From NCBI GenBank assembly GCA_963741955.1, contig CAVUKB010000013.1, positions 61,975 to 125,974 on the forward strand: a DNA stretch of 64,000 nt, read 5' to 3'. Every line of letters starts with the position of its first letter. Position 1 is the stretch's first letter. Below, one piece after another: positions 22,804 to 32,564 of the stretch. The notes below the pieces were generated by a model. It saw nothing but the letters and a program-made list of their open reading frames with translations, was not told the DNA's origin and ran no database searches. Position numbers and translations under genes: made by a program. This DNA comes from an uncultured Acidobacteriota bacterium. GTDB taxonomy: Bacteria; Acidobacteriota; Thermoanaerobaculia; Gp7-AA8.

Positions 22804-23688
22804 CTATTGCATCGCGTTGGGAAGGAAGGTGGCAAGCTCCTCCGCAGACGCGAAGCGTGCGAAATCATCCGGAACGGGAGCGACGTACGTTCCGAACGAT
22901 GGGAGCTCGAGCAACCAGGCATGGAGCATCGGACGCACCGCGTTATCGCGGAACCCTCCGCCGTATTTGCGATCTCCCGCCACCGGATTGCCGATCGAGG
23001 CGAGGTGAACCCGGATCTGGTGAGTGCGGCCGCTCCGGAGTGTTGCCTCGATCAGCGAAAATCCGGAGCTCCGTCCGAGCGGACGGATGAGGGTCACCGC
23101 GGGACGTCCGGCGGGATCGGCCCGGAACCGGCTCGCCGATTCACGCGCGATCGGCAGATCGATCTCGACGGGCTCCTCGACAGCTCCATGCACGATCGAG
23201 AGATAGACCTTCTTCGGGTTCTCCGACGCGAAGATCCGCGAGAGCGTCGCGGCCGCAGCGCGGCTGCGCGCGAACACGAGCACCCCACTCGTTCCGGTGT
23301 CGAGCCGGTGGACGATGAAGAGCTCATCCGGCTGCCGTTCGCGACGAAGCATCGACGCGACGATCTCGGATGCTGCGGGCGGTCCCTGCTGGGCCGCGGG
23401 TTGAGTCGGAATTCCGGAAGGCTTCGCGACGGCGACGACTCCCGATTCGTTCGCGACGATCGGAACGACGAAATCGGGCGCGAGAATGGAGAGGCGGTCG
23501 CCGGGAGAGACCGCCCGCGACGCGACAGAGACCGGCCGGCCGTTGATGGTCACCAGTCCGGCGTCGATCCGCCGGCGTGCTTCACGGCGCGAGAGCTCGA
23601 CCGGGCCGCGGATGAGAGCGAGGTCGAGCCGCTCGGGCGCTTCTCCCGGAAACGAGAAAGACCAGCCGGCAGGATGATCCGGGTTCAT
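22804..23688 (-). CDS. RluA/RluD family pseudouridine synthase with S4 domain
   Basis: KPSG, VHRLDTGTSG, SGRTHQIRVH, GDRKYG, LHA. Confidence 0.92.
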   Translation of the reverse strand: MNPDHPAGWSFSFPGEAPERLDLALIRGPVELSRREARRRIDAGLVTINGRPVSVASRAVSPGDRLSILAPDFVVPIVANESGVVAVAKPSGIPTQPAAQQGPPAASEIVASMLRRERQPDELFIVHRLDTGTSGVLVFARSRAAAATLSRIFASENPKKVYLSIVHGAVEEPVEIDLPIARESASRFRADPAGRPAVTLIRPLGRSSGFSLIEATLRSGRTHQIRVHLASIGNPVAGDRKYGGGFRDNAVRPMLHAWLLELPSFGTYVAPVPDDFARFASAEELATFLPNAMQ

Positions 23689-23702
23689 GAGATCGTCCGG
23701 GG

Positions 23703-23731
23703 AAAAGAAAAGGCGCCGGAACGGCGCCTTT
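23703..23731 (-). terminator. Terminator downstream of recA
   Basis: AAAGGCGCCG-GAA-CGGCGCCTTT, with a T-rich tail on the minus strand. Confidence 0.8.
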
Positions 23732-23754
23732 CCGGATCTCGGGAGATCGACGAC

Positions 23755-24813
23755 TTACTTTGCGGCAACTTTTTCCTTCTTCGGATCGCCGCCTTCGATC
23801 ACGGTCAGTTCGGTGAAATTGATTCCGAGCGCTCTCCGGACCTTCCCCTCGATCTCCTTTTCGAGATCGGGGTTCTCGCGCAGGAACTGCTTCGAATTCT
23901 CTCGGCCCTGTCCGAGCCTCATGTCTCCGTACGAGAACCACGATCCGGACTTCTCGACGATCTTCTGCTCGATGCCGATATCGAGAATCTCCCCTTCCTT
24001 CGACACGCCCTCGCCGTAATTCACGTCGAATTCGGCCTGGCGGAAGGGAGCGGCACACTTGTTCTTCACGACTTTCACCTTCACGCGGTTTCCGGTCACC
24101 TCGTCGCCGTCCTTGATCTGCGTGGTGCGGCGGATCTCGAGGCGGACCGACGAGTAGAACTTGAGTGCACGACCGCCGGTGGTGGTTTCCGGATTGCCGA
24201 ACATCACTCCGATCTTCTCCCGGATCTGGTTGATGAAGACCAGGCAGGTGTGCGATTTCGACACGATGCCGGTCAGCTTGCGCAACGCTTGCGACATCAG
24301 CCGTGCCTGAAGCCCGACGTGGCTGTCGCCCATCTCACCTTCGAGCTCGGCTCGTGGAACGAGCGCTGCGACAGAGTCGACGACGATGACGTCGACCGCG
24401 CCGGAGCGGACCAGAACCTCCGCGATCTCGAGTGCCTGCTCACCACTGTCGGGCTGCGAGACGAGGAGGTTGTCGATGTCGACTCCGAGCTTCTTCGCGT
24501 ATTCGGCATCGAGAGCGTGCTCCGCGTCGATGAATGCTGCGAGTCCCCCGACTTTCTGCGCTTCGGCGATCACGTGGAGCGAGAGAGTCGTCTTGCCGGA
24601 TGATTCCGGACCGTAGATCTCGACGATCCGTCCCCGCGGTACGCCACCGACTCCGAGTGCCGCGTCGACACCGATCGAACCGGTGGAGATCGAGGCGATT
24701 CCGGAGACTTCGCGCTGCCCGAGTCTCATGATCGAGCCCTTGCCGAACTGGCGTTCGATCTGGGAGACGGCGCTGTCGGCGGCTTTCATCTTGTCTGCTG
24801 GTATCGTGGCCAT
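23755..24813 (-). CDS. recA: Recombinase RecA
   Basis: [38 protein letters not shown]. Confidence 0.99.
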   Translation of the reverse strand: MATIPADKMKAADSAVSQIERQFGKGSIMRLGQREVSGIASISTGSIGVDAALGVGGVPRGRIVEIYGPESSGKTTLSLHVIAEAQKVGGLAAFIDAEHALDAEYAKKLGVDIDNLLVSQPDSGEQALEIAEVLVRSGAVDVIVVDSVAALVPRAELEGEMGDSHVGLQARLMSQALRKLTGIVSKSHTCLVFINQIREKIGVMFGNPETTTGGRALKFYSSVRLEIRRTTQIKDGDEVTGNRVKVKVVKNKCAAPFRQAEFDVNYGEGVSKEGEILDIGIEQKIVEKSGSWFSYGDMRLGQGRENSKQFLRENPDLEKEIEGKVRRALGINFTELTVIEGGDPKKEKVAAK

Positions 24814-25178
24814 GAAATATTCAGCTCCTTTTCAGTCGTGTGTCAGAACAATTTTCGTGCGTGGATACTCCGGTCTCGAGACACGAAAACCACAAGACAG
24901 GTGTGCGGGCGATTCGAGTGTACGACGCGATTTCCAAAGCAGTCAAGAAAACTGCCCGACGATTTCCACTCCCTTCGCCTCCATCTTATAAACATAGTAT
25001 TATCAATATGTTACCGTGACACGCCGGGCCGTGAGATCCTGCTCGCCGAAGCCTCGGCGACCGGATTCTACACACCGTAGAATCGGAACGGGCCAAGCCT
25101 TTGCTTCTCTTTGCCGCAATCGGTCCTTGTCGAAGTATCGACGCTGCGGGATCATCGTTTGAAGCAGGAGTTGAAAGC

Positions 25179-25730
25179 ATGCGAAAGTCCGGAATCCTCT
25201 TCGTCCCATCACTCGTCGTCACGGCGTTTTTTCTCCTCGCCTGGAGTGGTTGTCAGAGTCAGGCTGCCACGACCCGAACAGCCGGAGGTACTGCGAACGT
25301 GGAACAGAAATCGGGACCCGAACTCGAGAGCTGGAGTCTGAAAGTCGACACCGCTGGCGGCATCACCGGACGCGGAATCGGCGGGATCGTCATCCAGTCG
25401 AACGGTGCGGCGACGACGACAGATCCTGCTTGCACGGGGACTCCGTCGAAGGACCAGCTCGAGAACCTCGCACAGACGATCCGTTACGCCAACCCCGCTT
25501 CCTGGCGTCCATCTTACGTGAGAGAACAGAATCCGAAGGGATACGCGGATCAGATCGAGTACACCGTGACGCTGACGACGCAGCCGAAAGGGCAGCCCGC
25601 CAGCACTCACTCGGCGAAATGGTACGACGAGAACGAAATGCAGATCCCCGGGGAGCTCCGAACACTGCGCGAAGAATCGTGGAAGCTGCGAAGCAACGTA
25701 CTCGACAAGTGCAAACCGTCAGGTGCGTGA
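25179..25730 (+). CDS. Putative lipoprotein, possibly emfourin-like
   Basis: Signal peptide with WSG-C lipobox; AGGAG SD; TAGGITG and ADQIEYTVTL motifs. Confidence 0.7.
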   Translation: MRKSGILFVPSLVVTAFFLLAWSGCQSQAATTRTAGGTANVEQKSGPELESWSLKVDTAGGITGRGIGGIVIQSNGAATTTDPACTGTPSKDQLENLAQTIRYANPASWRPSYVREQNPKGYADQIEYTVTLTTQPKGQPASTHSAKWYDENEMQIPGELRTLREESWKLRSNVLDKCKPSGA

Positions 25731-26411
25731 TGCCTCTTCGCGCTCCGGCCGGTCGTTGCGGGAGTCGCGGCTCTCCTTTCTCTTCTCGATCAGCGGCCGC
25801 ACCGCTCGAAGATCCGCGATGAACTTTTCGGTTTCCCGTCGCCGCGTTTCGTCATCCGGCGCACGCAGAAGCGACGATGGATGGACGGTCGCCATGACGT
25901 ACGGCGCGAGATCCGAATCGATGATCTTTCCTCGATCTCTCGTCACCCGGAACTGCCGGCCGAGGAGCGCCTGAGCGGCCGTAGCGCCGAGGCAGACGAT
26001 CACGGCAGGCCGCACCACGGCGATCTCCGCTTCCAGCCACGGGAGGCACGCCGTGATCTCGACCGAGCTCGGTTTCTTGTGGATCCGGCGCCTGCCACGC
26101 GGCTCCCACTTGAAGTGTTTGACCGTGTTCGTGACGTATACCTGCCTTCGATCGATCTCCGCTTCCTCGAGAGCTTTGTCGAGAATCCTCCCGGCGGGAC
26201 CGACGAACGGATGTCCACTGAGGTCCTCCTGATCGCCCGGCTGCTCTCCGATCAGCATGACCGTGGATCCTTTACGACCTTCACCGAAAACGGTCTGAGA
26301 CCCGCGCTTCCAGAGATCACACGCCTGGCAGGCGGCCGCAGCATCGCGCAACCGGGGAAGAGTCGGCCGTTTCGGGACGAGCGGAGCGGCAGTCTCCTGT
26401 TTCCGGGCCAT
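25719..26411 (-). CDS. udgX: UdgX family uracil-DNA binding protein
   Basis: CQACDL, GEQPG, HFKWEPRGRRRIHKKP (R-loop with His), TVHPSSLL. Confidence 0.92.
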   Translation of the reverse strand: MARKQETAAPLVPKRPTLPRLRDAAAACQACDLWKRGSQTVFGEGRKGSTVMLIGEQPGDQEDLSGHPFVGPAGRILDKALEEAEIDRRQVYVTNTVKHFKWEPRGRRRIHKKPSSVEITACLPWLEAEIAVVRPAVIVCLGATAAQALLGRQFRVTRDRGKIIDSDLAPYVMATVHPSSLLRAPDDETRRRETEKFIADLRAVRPLIEKRKESRDSRNDRPEREEASRT

Positions 26412-26459
26412 GCCTGATCGACAAGCAGCAGCCGCGCCAGCACGACCGGAAGGATCGAG

Positions 26460-27266
26460 TCAGGCGTCGGCAGAGTCCGTGAAGGGACGTACCCGGACGC
26501 CGCTGCTCCGCTCCATCTCCCGCGCGATGGCCACGACTTGCGCGGCGGGAGGAATTCGGAACGAGCCGGTATCAGACATGATCTGCCGGTCGCCACGAGT
26601 CGCAAGGGTCCATTCGCGTGGAGCAGGACGGATGGGGACGGTGAGGTGGACTTCGTCCGCTCCGAGGGATCCGATCAGCCGCGCGATCTCCTCCATCTTG
26701 CCGCTGTTCACCGGCAGAAGCATGGTCTGGATGATCAGCCGACCTTCGAATTCCTTCCGGAAAAGTCTCAGCCCGGCGATCACCCCCGCGAGGTCGAGAT
26801 CGTCGACTGCGCGATGGATGCGAGAGAACGTCGCTTCATCCGCAGCGTCGATCTTGCAGGCCACTTCGTCCGCCAGCGCGAGCTCGCTCCGAACGGTCGG
26901 ATTCTGGAGGAGAGAGCCGTTCGTCAGCACGAGCATCGTCTTCTTCGACCGTTGCCGGAGCTTCGAGATGACCTCGCCGAGATTCGACGCGAGCGTCGGT
27001 TCACCACTGCCGGAGAAAGTCACACGTTCGGCCGCTCGCCAGTTGCTCTCCTCGAAATCGTGCACGACCCGGCTGGTGTCTACGAACTTCTGCCGCTCCA
27101 TGGTGGCGCTCTGAATCCTGCCGAGTTGGCAGTAGACACAGCGGAACGAACAGGCGGATGTCGAGTAGATCAGGTCGATGCCGAGCGAGTTGCCGAACCG
27201 CCGCGACGGAACCGGTCCGTAGACGGTTCGAAGCTGATCCGAAGGGAGTTGCTCACTCATGACCAC
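26460..27266 (-). CDS. Radical SAM protein (COG0731-like)
   Basis: YGPVPSRRFGNSLG, CSFRCVYCQLG, FSGSGEPTL. Confidence 0.9.
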   Translation of the reverse strand: MVMSEQLPSDQLRTVYGPVPSRRFGNSLGIDLIYSTSACSFRCVYCQLGRIQSATMERQKFVDTSRVVHDFEESNWRAAERVTFSGSGEPTLASNLGEVISKLRQRSKKTMLVLTNGSLLQNPTVRSELALADEVACKIDAADEATFSRIHRAVDDLDLAGVIAGLRLFRKEFEGRLIIQTMLLPVNSGKMEEIARLIGSLGADEVHLTVPIRPAPREWTLATRGDRQIMSDTGSFRIPPAAQVVAIAREMERSSGVRVRPFTDSADA

Positions 27267-27279
27267 GACCTTTCCGGCC

Positions 27280-28113
27280 TCAGAACCCCGCGAGAAACCC
27301 GGCCGCGATGGCGATCACGAACATCGCTCCGTAGCCCACCTCGACGAATCCGAGCGCCTTCGGCATCACCGGTCTCCGTAGCGGCGAGAGTCCGGCTACT
27401 GCTCTTACCAGGAGAATCGCGAACGCCACGATGGCAGCGATCGAGCCCCATCCTGCAAGATAGATCCAGATTGCTCCGGCGAGGGCGACGATATGCGAAA
27501 CGATGGGAGCGGCGAGCGACGCGCTCCGCTGGCGCTGCAGCCGGATTCGCGCACGAACGTACAGAACGGACGGAATGGATCGAAACGCGTAGAGCGCCCA
27601 CAACGCAATTGCGAATCCCGGATCTCCCCCGGCAGCGAGGATCATCGTGGCGAGTGTGGCTCCTGCGGCGACCGGACTGAGAATCTCCGGAATCGCGGAG
27701 CGGCCGCTGGTCCGCAGGTCGTACCACAGTTGCACCAGGCCGAAAGGAACGGCGGCCGCGATCGGAATCATCGCGCGAGGCCCGCTCAGAAGAAATCCGC
27801 CCGCCAGCAGAAGAGCCGCTGAAGATCCATAGATCGCGACGAACGCGCGTGCCGCACCGGTGCGTGGAACCTCTCGATGATGCTGAACGTCGGAAGACCA
27901 GATCCGGAGCGGAGCACGGAACAGGAAGGCTGCAACCGCGGCGAGTCCGATCATCGCGCCGCCCCACGAAGGAGCGATCAGCAGCCCGAGGACCAGCGGC
28001 TCGATCACGAATCCCCATCCTCCATGTTCGACGGGAATCGCGACTGCCCGCAACCGAACGCCTTCGAACGGTCGCCGGAACCCGCGGGATGTCACTTCGT
28101 GATCGCGTTTCAT
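27280..28113 (-). CDS. YwiC-like membrane protein
   Basis: IPVEHGGWGF motif, multiple TM helices, KALGFVE near the C-terminus. Start uncertain. Confidence 0.82.
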   Translation of the reverse strand: MKRDHEVTSRGFRRPFEGVRLRAVAIPVEHGGWGFVIEPLVLGLLIAPSWGGAMIGLAAVAAFLFRAPLRIWSSDVQHHREVPRTGAARAFVAIYGSSAALLLAGGFLLSGPRAMIPIAAAVPFGLVQLWYDLRTSGRSAIPEILSPVAAGATLATMILAAGGDPGFAIALWALYAFRSIPSVLYVRARIRLQRQRSASLAAPIVSHIVALAGAIWIYLAGWGSIAAIVAFAILLVRAVAGLSPLRRPVMPKALGFVEVGYGAMFVIAIAAGFLAGF

Positions 28114-28193
28114 GGTCAGGACGTGCCTCTCCTTCCACGGCAATTCTCGAACTCTCTGCGCCTGGGCGGCGAGGACCAAAGTCACAGTAATCT

Positions 28194-28898
28194 GTGACCC
28201 GGCGACCCGCGCCGGGCTACCATTGCCCGGTGAGCACGCTCCTGAGCGATTACGCTCTCGCCCTTCTCGCGGCGATTCTTGCGTCTCGACTCCTTCGAAC
28301 GGTCGCGGACGACTCTATGGGACGAGCCCGGCAGGCCTGGGCCCTCGCGCTTGCCGCGACCGCAGCCGGAGCGCTTCTCGGCGGGACGTATCACGGGTTC
28401 GAGGACTCACTCGCTCCACTCGCGGCGATGATCCTCTGGAAATCGACCACGTTGATGATCGGAGCCGCGAGTCTCGCACTGGTGTGCGGAGCAGTCGACG
28501 CGACGATGATCGGAAGCGCGAGAGTACGAAGCCTCGGGATCGCCACCGGTCTGTACGTCCTCTATGCGGCGTGGATGCTCTTTCACGATGAGTACGTCTG
28601 GGTCATCGCAGCGTACGGCACCGGTCTCGTGGTCGTGCTCGTTCTTCTCGGCTTCGCTGGAGCGAGCCTGCACCGGGCGCGGCGCCTCTTCGTCTGGAGC
28701 GTGGTCATCTCGATCGTTGCCGCGGGGGTCCAACAGCTGGAGCTGGGCCTCTCCCGCTTCATCAACCATAACGACGTGTATCACCTAGTTCAGATGGCGG
28801 CGCTCTATTTCCTGTACCGGGCCGGCAGATCGCTCACCGTGGAGCCGCAGACCACGACCCCCGCGAAGCTCGTGACGACAGAGCGAAGGGCGTCCTGA
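28194..28898 (+). CDS. DUF6962-like multi-pass membrane protein
   Basis: STLLSDYALA, GGTYHGF, NHNDVYHLVQ; about 7 TM helices. Start 28194 or 28230. Confidence 0.75.
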   Translation: MTRRPAPGYHCPVSTLLSDYALALLAAILASRLLRTVADDSMGRARQAWALALAATAAGALLGGTYHGFEDSLAPLAAMILWKSTTLMIGAASLALVCGAVDATMIGSARVRSLGIATGLYVLYAAWMLFHDEYVWVIAAYGTGLVVVLVLLGFAGASLHRARRLFVWSVVISIVAAGVQQLELGLSRFINHNDVYHLVQMAALYFLYRAGRSLTVEPQTTTPAKLVTTERRAS

Positions 28899-28928
28899 GA
28901 CGCCCTTTCGGCAATTCGAGCGAAGAGG

Positions 28929-29951
28929 TCATCTCGATTCGTGCGAAGGATGATCTTTCACGAGATTGCGGACGACGTTCCCGGGGATCGTGCCCTGAAG
29001 GCTGACCGAGTCCCCCCGACTCTGCACTTCGAATCCGCGAATCGCAGCGACCAGCTCCGGTGACTTCTCCTGAGCCGCGAGTCTCCATGCCGACAGCATT
29101 CCTCTGACCGTGTCCTCGAGCAGCTGCGATGTCTCGGAATCGCGCGTTCTCGCGGAAGCGCCGAAGCGCAGATCGTCCGAATCGGTCGCGGTCCAGAGTG
29201 CGAACGACGAGACATTCTTCAGCGAAGACTGCAGATTTCCGTCTCCTCGCGACCGCATGGCGTGGGATGGTCCTCCCATCCGGGACGCGCGTGCGAGATC
29301 GATCAGAACCCACGCCGACGCTGCGCGATCGATCCGCGGAAGCTCGGCCCCCAGAATCCCGCGGGTGCTGAAGCTCGTCCCGCCGCTGGTGAACGCCTGC
29401 ATCGCAGCGGTGACGGCACTCTCGGATCCGATCACTGCGAAACGTCCGCTGAGGAGTGCCACGGCACCGGGGTGATCTCCGATCTCCGCGTCAGCCCCGT
29501 GCTCGTTCCGGACGAGGTAGTAAACGCCGTTCTCGTTCTTCTGGACCAGCGCGCCGCGGTTCGCCATTGCGCTGCCGAAGCGCGTCGAGTCGAACTTTCC
29601 CTGAACGATGACCAGGCCATCGGAGGCATCTTCGGATACGAGGTTGCCTGGACGGGCAGCGAAGACGATGAGTTTCACGTCGCGGTCGATGTCGATCCCG
29701 GCATCGGAGAGGAAGAGCGCGGCATCGCCGTCGACGGTCATGTGGTTCGTCTCGGAGAACAGCCGTGAGAAGAGAGGACTCTTCTTCAGCTCACCGATGC
29801 GGACCATACCCACCGTCGCCGCGTCGGCGGGAACCAGAGCAAGAGGATCCGATACGGCCGCGCTCGCGGTGGATGCCCCGGCACCCGACAGCGAAAGTAC
29901 GGCCGCGACGGCCCCGGCGGAGAGCAGAAGGCGAAACGATCTCGGAATCAT
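28929..29951 (-). CDS. Exported hypothetical protein in an ABC operon
   Basis: Signal peptide MIPRSFRLLL..., DPLALVPADA motif; AGGAG SD. Confidence 0.75.
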   Translation of the reverse strand: MIPRSFRLLLSAGAVAAVLSLSGAGASTASAAVSDPLALVPADAATVGMVRIGELKKSPLFSRLFSETNHMTVDGDAALFLSDAGIDIDRDVKLIVFAARPGNLVSEDASDGLVIVQGKFDSTRFGSAMANRGALVQKNENGVYYLVRNEHGADAEIGDHPGAVALLSGRFAVIGSESAVTAAMQAFTSGGTSFSTRGILGAELPRIDRAASAWVLIDLARASRMGGPSHAMRSRGDGNLQSSLKNVSSFALWTATDSDDLRFGASARTRDSETSQLLEDTVRGMLSAWRLAAQEKSPELVAAIRGFEVQSRGDSVSLQGTIPGNVVRNLVKDHPSHESR

Positions 29952-29953
29952 GT

Positions 29954-30808
29954 TCAGAACTCCTTTCGGCTGAAAAGCCAGGACGCAAGAAAGAGACAGA
30001 CCGCTCCGAAGAGCGCCGTGCTCACGAATGGTGACCAACTGAACGGCTGCAGCCGGGAGAACGGCCCTTCGCCGCCGGAAACGAGAGCGAAGACGTCTTT
30101 CCCGATCTCCGGCGTCTTCGGAAACACGACGTACATGAGGTGAACCAGGGTTGCGCGCCACTGCGTCGCGATCGCGGCTTCGAACTTGTCGTGTGCCGCG
30201 AGAACGCTGGAGATCAACAGGATCGAGAAGGTCGACATGATCGAGACCGCAGTGGAGGAAGTGACCACTCCGATCAGGAACGTGAACGCGAGCAGGACCG
30301 CGACCACGAAGAGGATCAATACGACGCTCAAGAGAAACTGCGGATGGACGACGTGGGTCTTCCAGATCACGATGAGCCATACCGCACCGAGGAGATAGAT
30401 CACGTTCGTTGCGGCGAGAAGAAGTCCGGCCACGTAGCGCGAGATGAGGAGCTGCGTCCTTCCGACCGGTCGCGACAGATAGAGGTCGATAGTGCCCTTG
30501 TCCTGCAGTCGCGGCACGAGATGCGCGGTCGCGAAGATGGCGAGGAAGATCCCCACCGCATACAGAATCGCCGCAAATCCGGTCTCGAAGCCGAGCACGA
30601 GCTGATCGACGTCGACCGAGTTGCCCGACATATGAACGGACTGTCCGAAGAGCTTTGCCCCGGCGAGCGCACCGTTGACGATGTCGAGGTTCACCGCCGC
30701 CGCGAAGATCAGTACGAAGATCGTGGAGAGGACGAAATACGCGATGAGCGTCCAGCGTGCAGCTGCCTCGCGAAACACGTCTTCGATGCTTGCCGCCAGC
30801 GCCCTCAT
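29954..30808 (-). CDS. ABC-2 type transporter permease
   Basis: About 6 TM helices, DKGTIDLYLSRPVGR, ends FSRKEF; overlaps the ATPase stop. Confidence 0.9.
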   Translation of the reverse strand: MRALAASIEDVFREAAARWTLIAYFVLSTIFVLIFAAAVNLDIVNGALAGAKLFGQSVHMSGNSVDVDQLVLGFETGFAAILYAVGIFLAIFATAHLVPRLQDKGTIDLYLSRPVGRTQLLISRYVAGLLLAATNVIYLLGAVWLIVIWKTHVVHPQFLLSVVLILFVVAVLLAFTFLIGVVTSSTAVSIMSTFSILLISSVLAAHDKFEAAIATQWRATLVHLMYVVFPKTPEIGKDVFALVSGGEGPFSRLQPFSWSPFVSTALFGAVCLFLASWLFSRKEF

Positions 30809-31779
30809 CGTCTCTCCTCCTGTGGCGCTCCCGCCTGCTCGACCGCTTCCGATCCTTCCATTTTGATCAGCCCGACGAAGACGTCCTCCAGCGAGGAGCG
30901 GATCGGAGCGAGCTCGGAGAGAGCCACGCCGGCCGAGCGGGCCTGGTCGATCAGTTGGTTCAGATGCGGTACGTCGCGCACGGACAGCTCCAGATGGCCG
31001 TTGCTTCTTTCGACCGAAGCTCCGGTCGCGATGAATCCATCGAGAAGTGAATCGGAGATCGGAGACGCGACCATCCTGTACTTCGACTCGCGGCGGGTGA
31101 GCTCGTCGATGCGTCCCAGAGCCGCGATCTTTCCTTTTCGGAGAACGGCAACGCGATCACACGTAAGTTCGATCTCTGAAAGTAAATGAGAATTCAGAAA
31201 TATGGCCCGCCCTCGATCCGCTTCACCCCTCAGGATGTCGCGGATCTCGCGACGGCCGACCGGGTCGACTCCGTCAGTCGGCTCGTCCAGCAGAAGTACG
31301 GCGGGATCGTGTACCAGGGCGCAGGCGAGTCCCAGCCGCTGGGTCATTCCTTTCGAAAACTTCTTCACCCGCACATCCGACCACTCCGCGAGTCCTACCC
31401 GCTTCAGAAGTGCGGGAACGCGGTTTTCGATCGCGCCGGCCCCCATCCCGGACATCCGCCCGAAGATCCGAAGAGTCTGGCGCGCGGTCAGATAGCCTGG
31501 AAAACGGTGGCCTTCCGGAAGATAGCCGACCGGAAGCCGGCTCTCGGGGCGACGGCTCGATGTGCCGAGAAGGAATGCGTCCCCTTCGGTCGCCCGGGTC
31601 AGGTCGAGCAGAACCTTGACCGTGGTCGTCTTCCCCGCACCATTCGGACCGAGGAGTCCGAAGATCTCCCCCGCAGGGACGGTAAAGTCGATTCCATCGA
31701 GAGCGACCACGCGCCGTCGTGAACCGAAGGCGGTGAAGATCTTTCGAAGCGCCCGAACTTCGATTGCAGGAGTTTCCAT
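30805..31779 (-). CDS. ABC transporter ATP-binding protein
   Basis: GPNGAGKTT, FSKGM, LLLDEP, NSH. Confidence 0.95.
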   Translation of the reverse strand: METPAIEVRALRKIFTAFGSRRRVVALDGIDFTVPAGEIFGLLGPNGAGKTTTVKVLLDLTRATEGDAFLLGTSSRRPESRLPVGYLPEGHRFPGYLTARQTLRIFGRMSGMGAGAIENRVPALLKRVGLAEWSDVRVKKFSKGMTQRLGLACALVHDPAVLLLDEPTDGVDPVGRREIRDILRGEADRGRAIFLNSHLLSEIELTCDRVAVLRKGKIAALGRIDELTRRESKYRMVASPISDSLLDGFIATGASVERSNGHLELSVRDVPHLNQLIDQARSAGVALSELAPIRSSLEDVFVGLIKMEGSEAVEQAGAPQEERR

Positions 31780-31885
31780 ACCGTCCCTAACTTACGTTGT
31801 CTCACGGGGAAAGTTTAAGCTCGGTGGAACTCGGACATCCGGGGGTCTGGAACCGAACTCGCAGTTCGTTCGGACCGGAGGAGAA

Positions 31886-32536
31886 ATGCGCTTCAGAGAT
31901 CGGCGAGACGCGGGCCGGCGCCTCGCTCCGCTCCTGAAAGATTACGCAGGACGCGAGGACGTGGTGGTGCTCGCCCTACCCCGGGGCGGCGTCCCGGTAG
32001 GATACGAGATCGCCAGGAGCCTCGGCGTCCGCCTGGAGGTCTTCCTCGTGAGGAAGCTCGGTGTGCCCGGACAGGAGGAGCTCGCGATGGGGGCGATTGC
32101 GAGCGGCGCCGTCCGGGTGCTCAGCAGCGACCTGGTGGCGGCCCTTGGCATCTCTGCGGAGATGATCGAGAGCGTTGCGCGTCGGGAGGAGGCCGAGCTC
32201 ACCCGCCGCGAGAAGGCCTACCGCGGCGATCGCGAGCCGGTGCAGATCGAGGGGAAGGTCACCGTACTCGTCGACGACGGGCTCGCGACCGGATCGTCGA
32301 TGAGAGCCGCAGTGCGTGCGGTACGGAAACTCGCTCCGTCTCGCATCGTCGTCGCCGTCCCCGTCGGCGCGCCGTCCACATGCTCCGATCTGCGGGAGGA
32401 GGCAGACGAGGTCGTCTGCGCGTACACCCCGGAACCGTTCCAGGCCGTCGGCCTCTGGTACGAGGACTTCACCCAGACCACCGACGCCGAGGTACGCGAG
32501 CTCCTCGACGGCTCACGGACGGCGAGTGCCGGATGA
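31886..32536 (+). CDS. Phosphoribosyltransferase-like protein (Rv0571c/Rv2030c N-terminal type)
   Basis: FRDRRDAGRRLA, LALPRGGVPV, LVDDGLATGSS; GGAGG SD. Confidence 0.92.
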   Translation: MRFRDRRDAGRRLAPLLKDYAGREDVVVLALPRGGVPVGYEIARSLGVRLEVFLVRKLGVPGQEELAMGAIASGAVRVLSSDLVAALGISAEMIESVARREEAELTRREKAYRGDREPVQIEGKVTVLVDDGLATGSSMRAAVRAVRKLAPSRIVVAVPVGAPSTCSDLREEADEVVCAYTPEPFQAVGLWYEDFTQTTDAEVRELLDGSRTASAG

Positions 32537-32564
32537 CGGGAAATCTGAACGAAGGAGAAGAACG

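Noticed and set aside
22699-24603. 634-aa plus-strand ORF, and similar long ORFs at 16100-17632, 12376-13560, 7752-8987, 52235-53803 and 55419-56909
   Set aside because: Antisense shadows of recA/rluD, rng, gyrA, dnaN, btuB and the GT39 gene; expected in GC-rich DNA and without motifs.
24989-25016. dif-like site (CATA...TATGTTA)
   Set aside because: Arm spacing is 10 rather than 8, the XerC arm is poor, and the location is origin-proximal; kept only as a possible operator.
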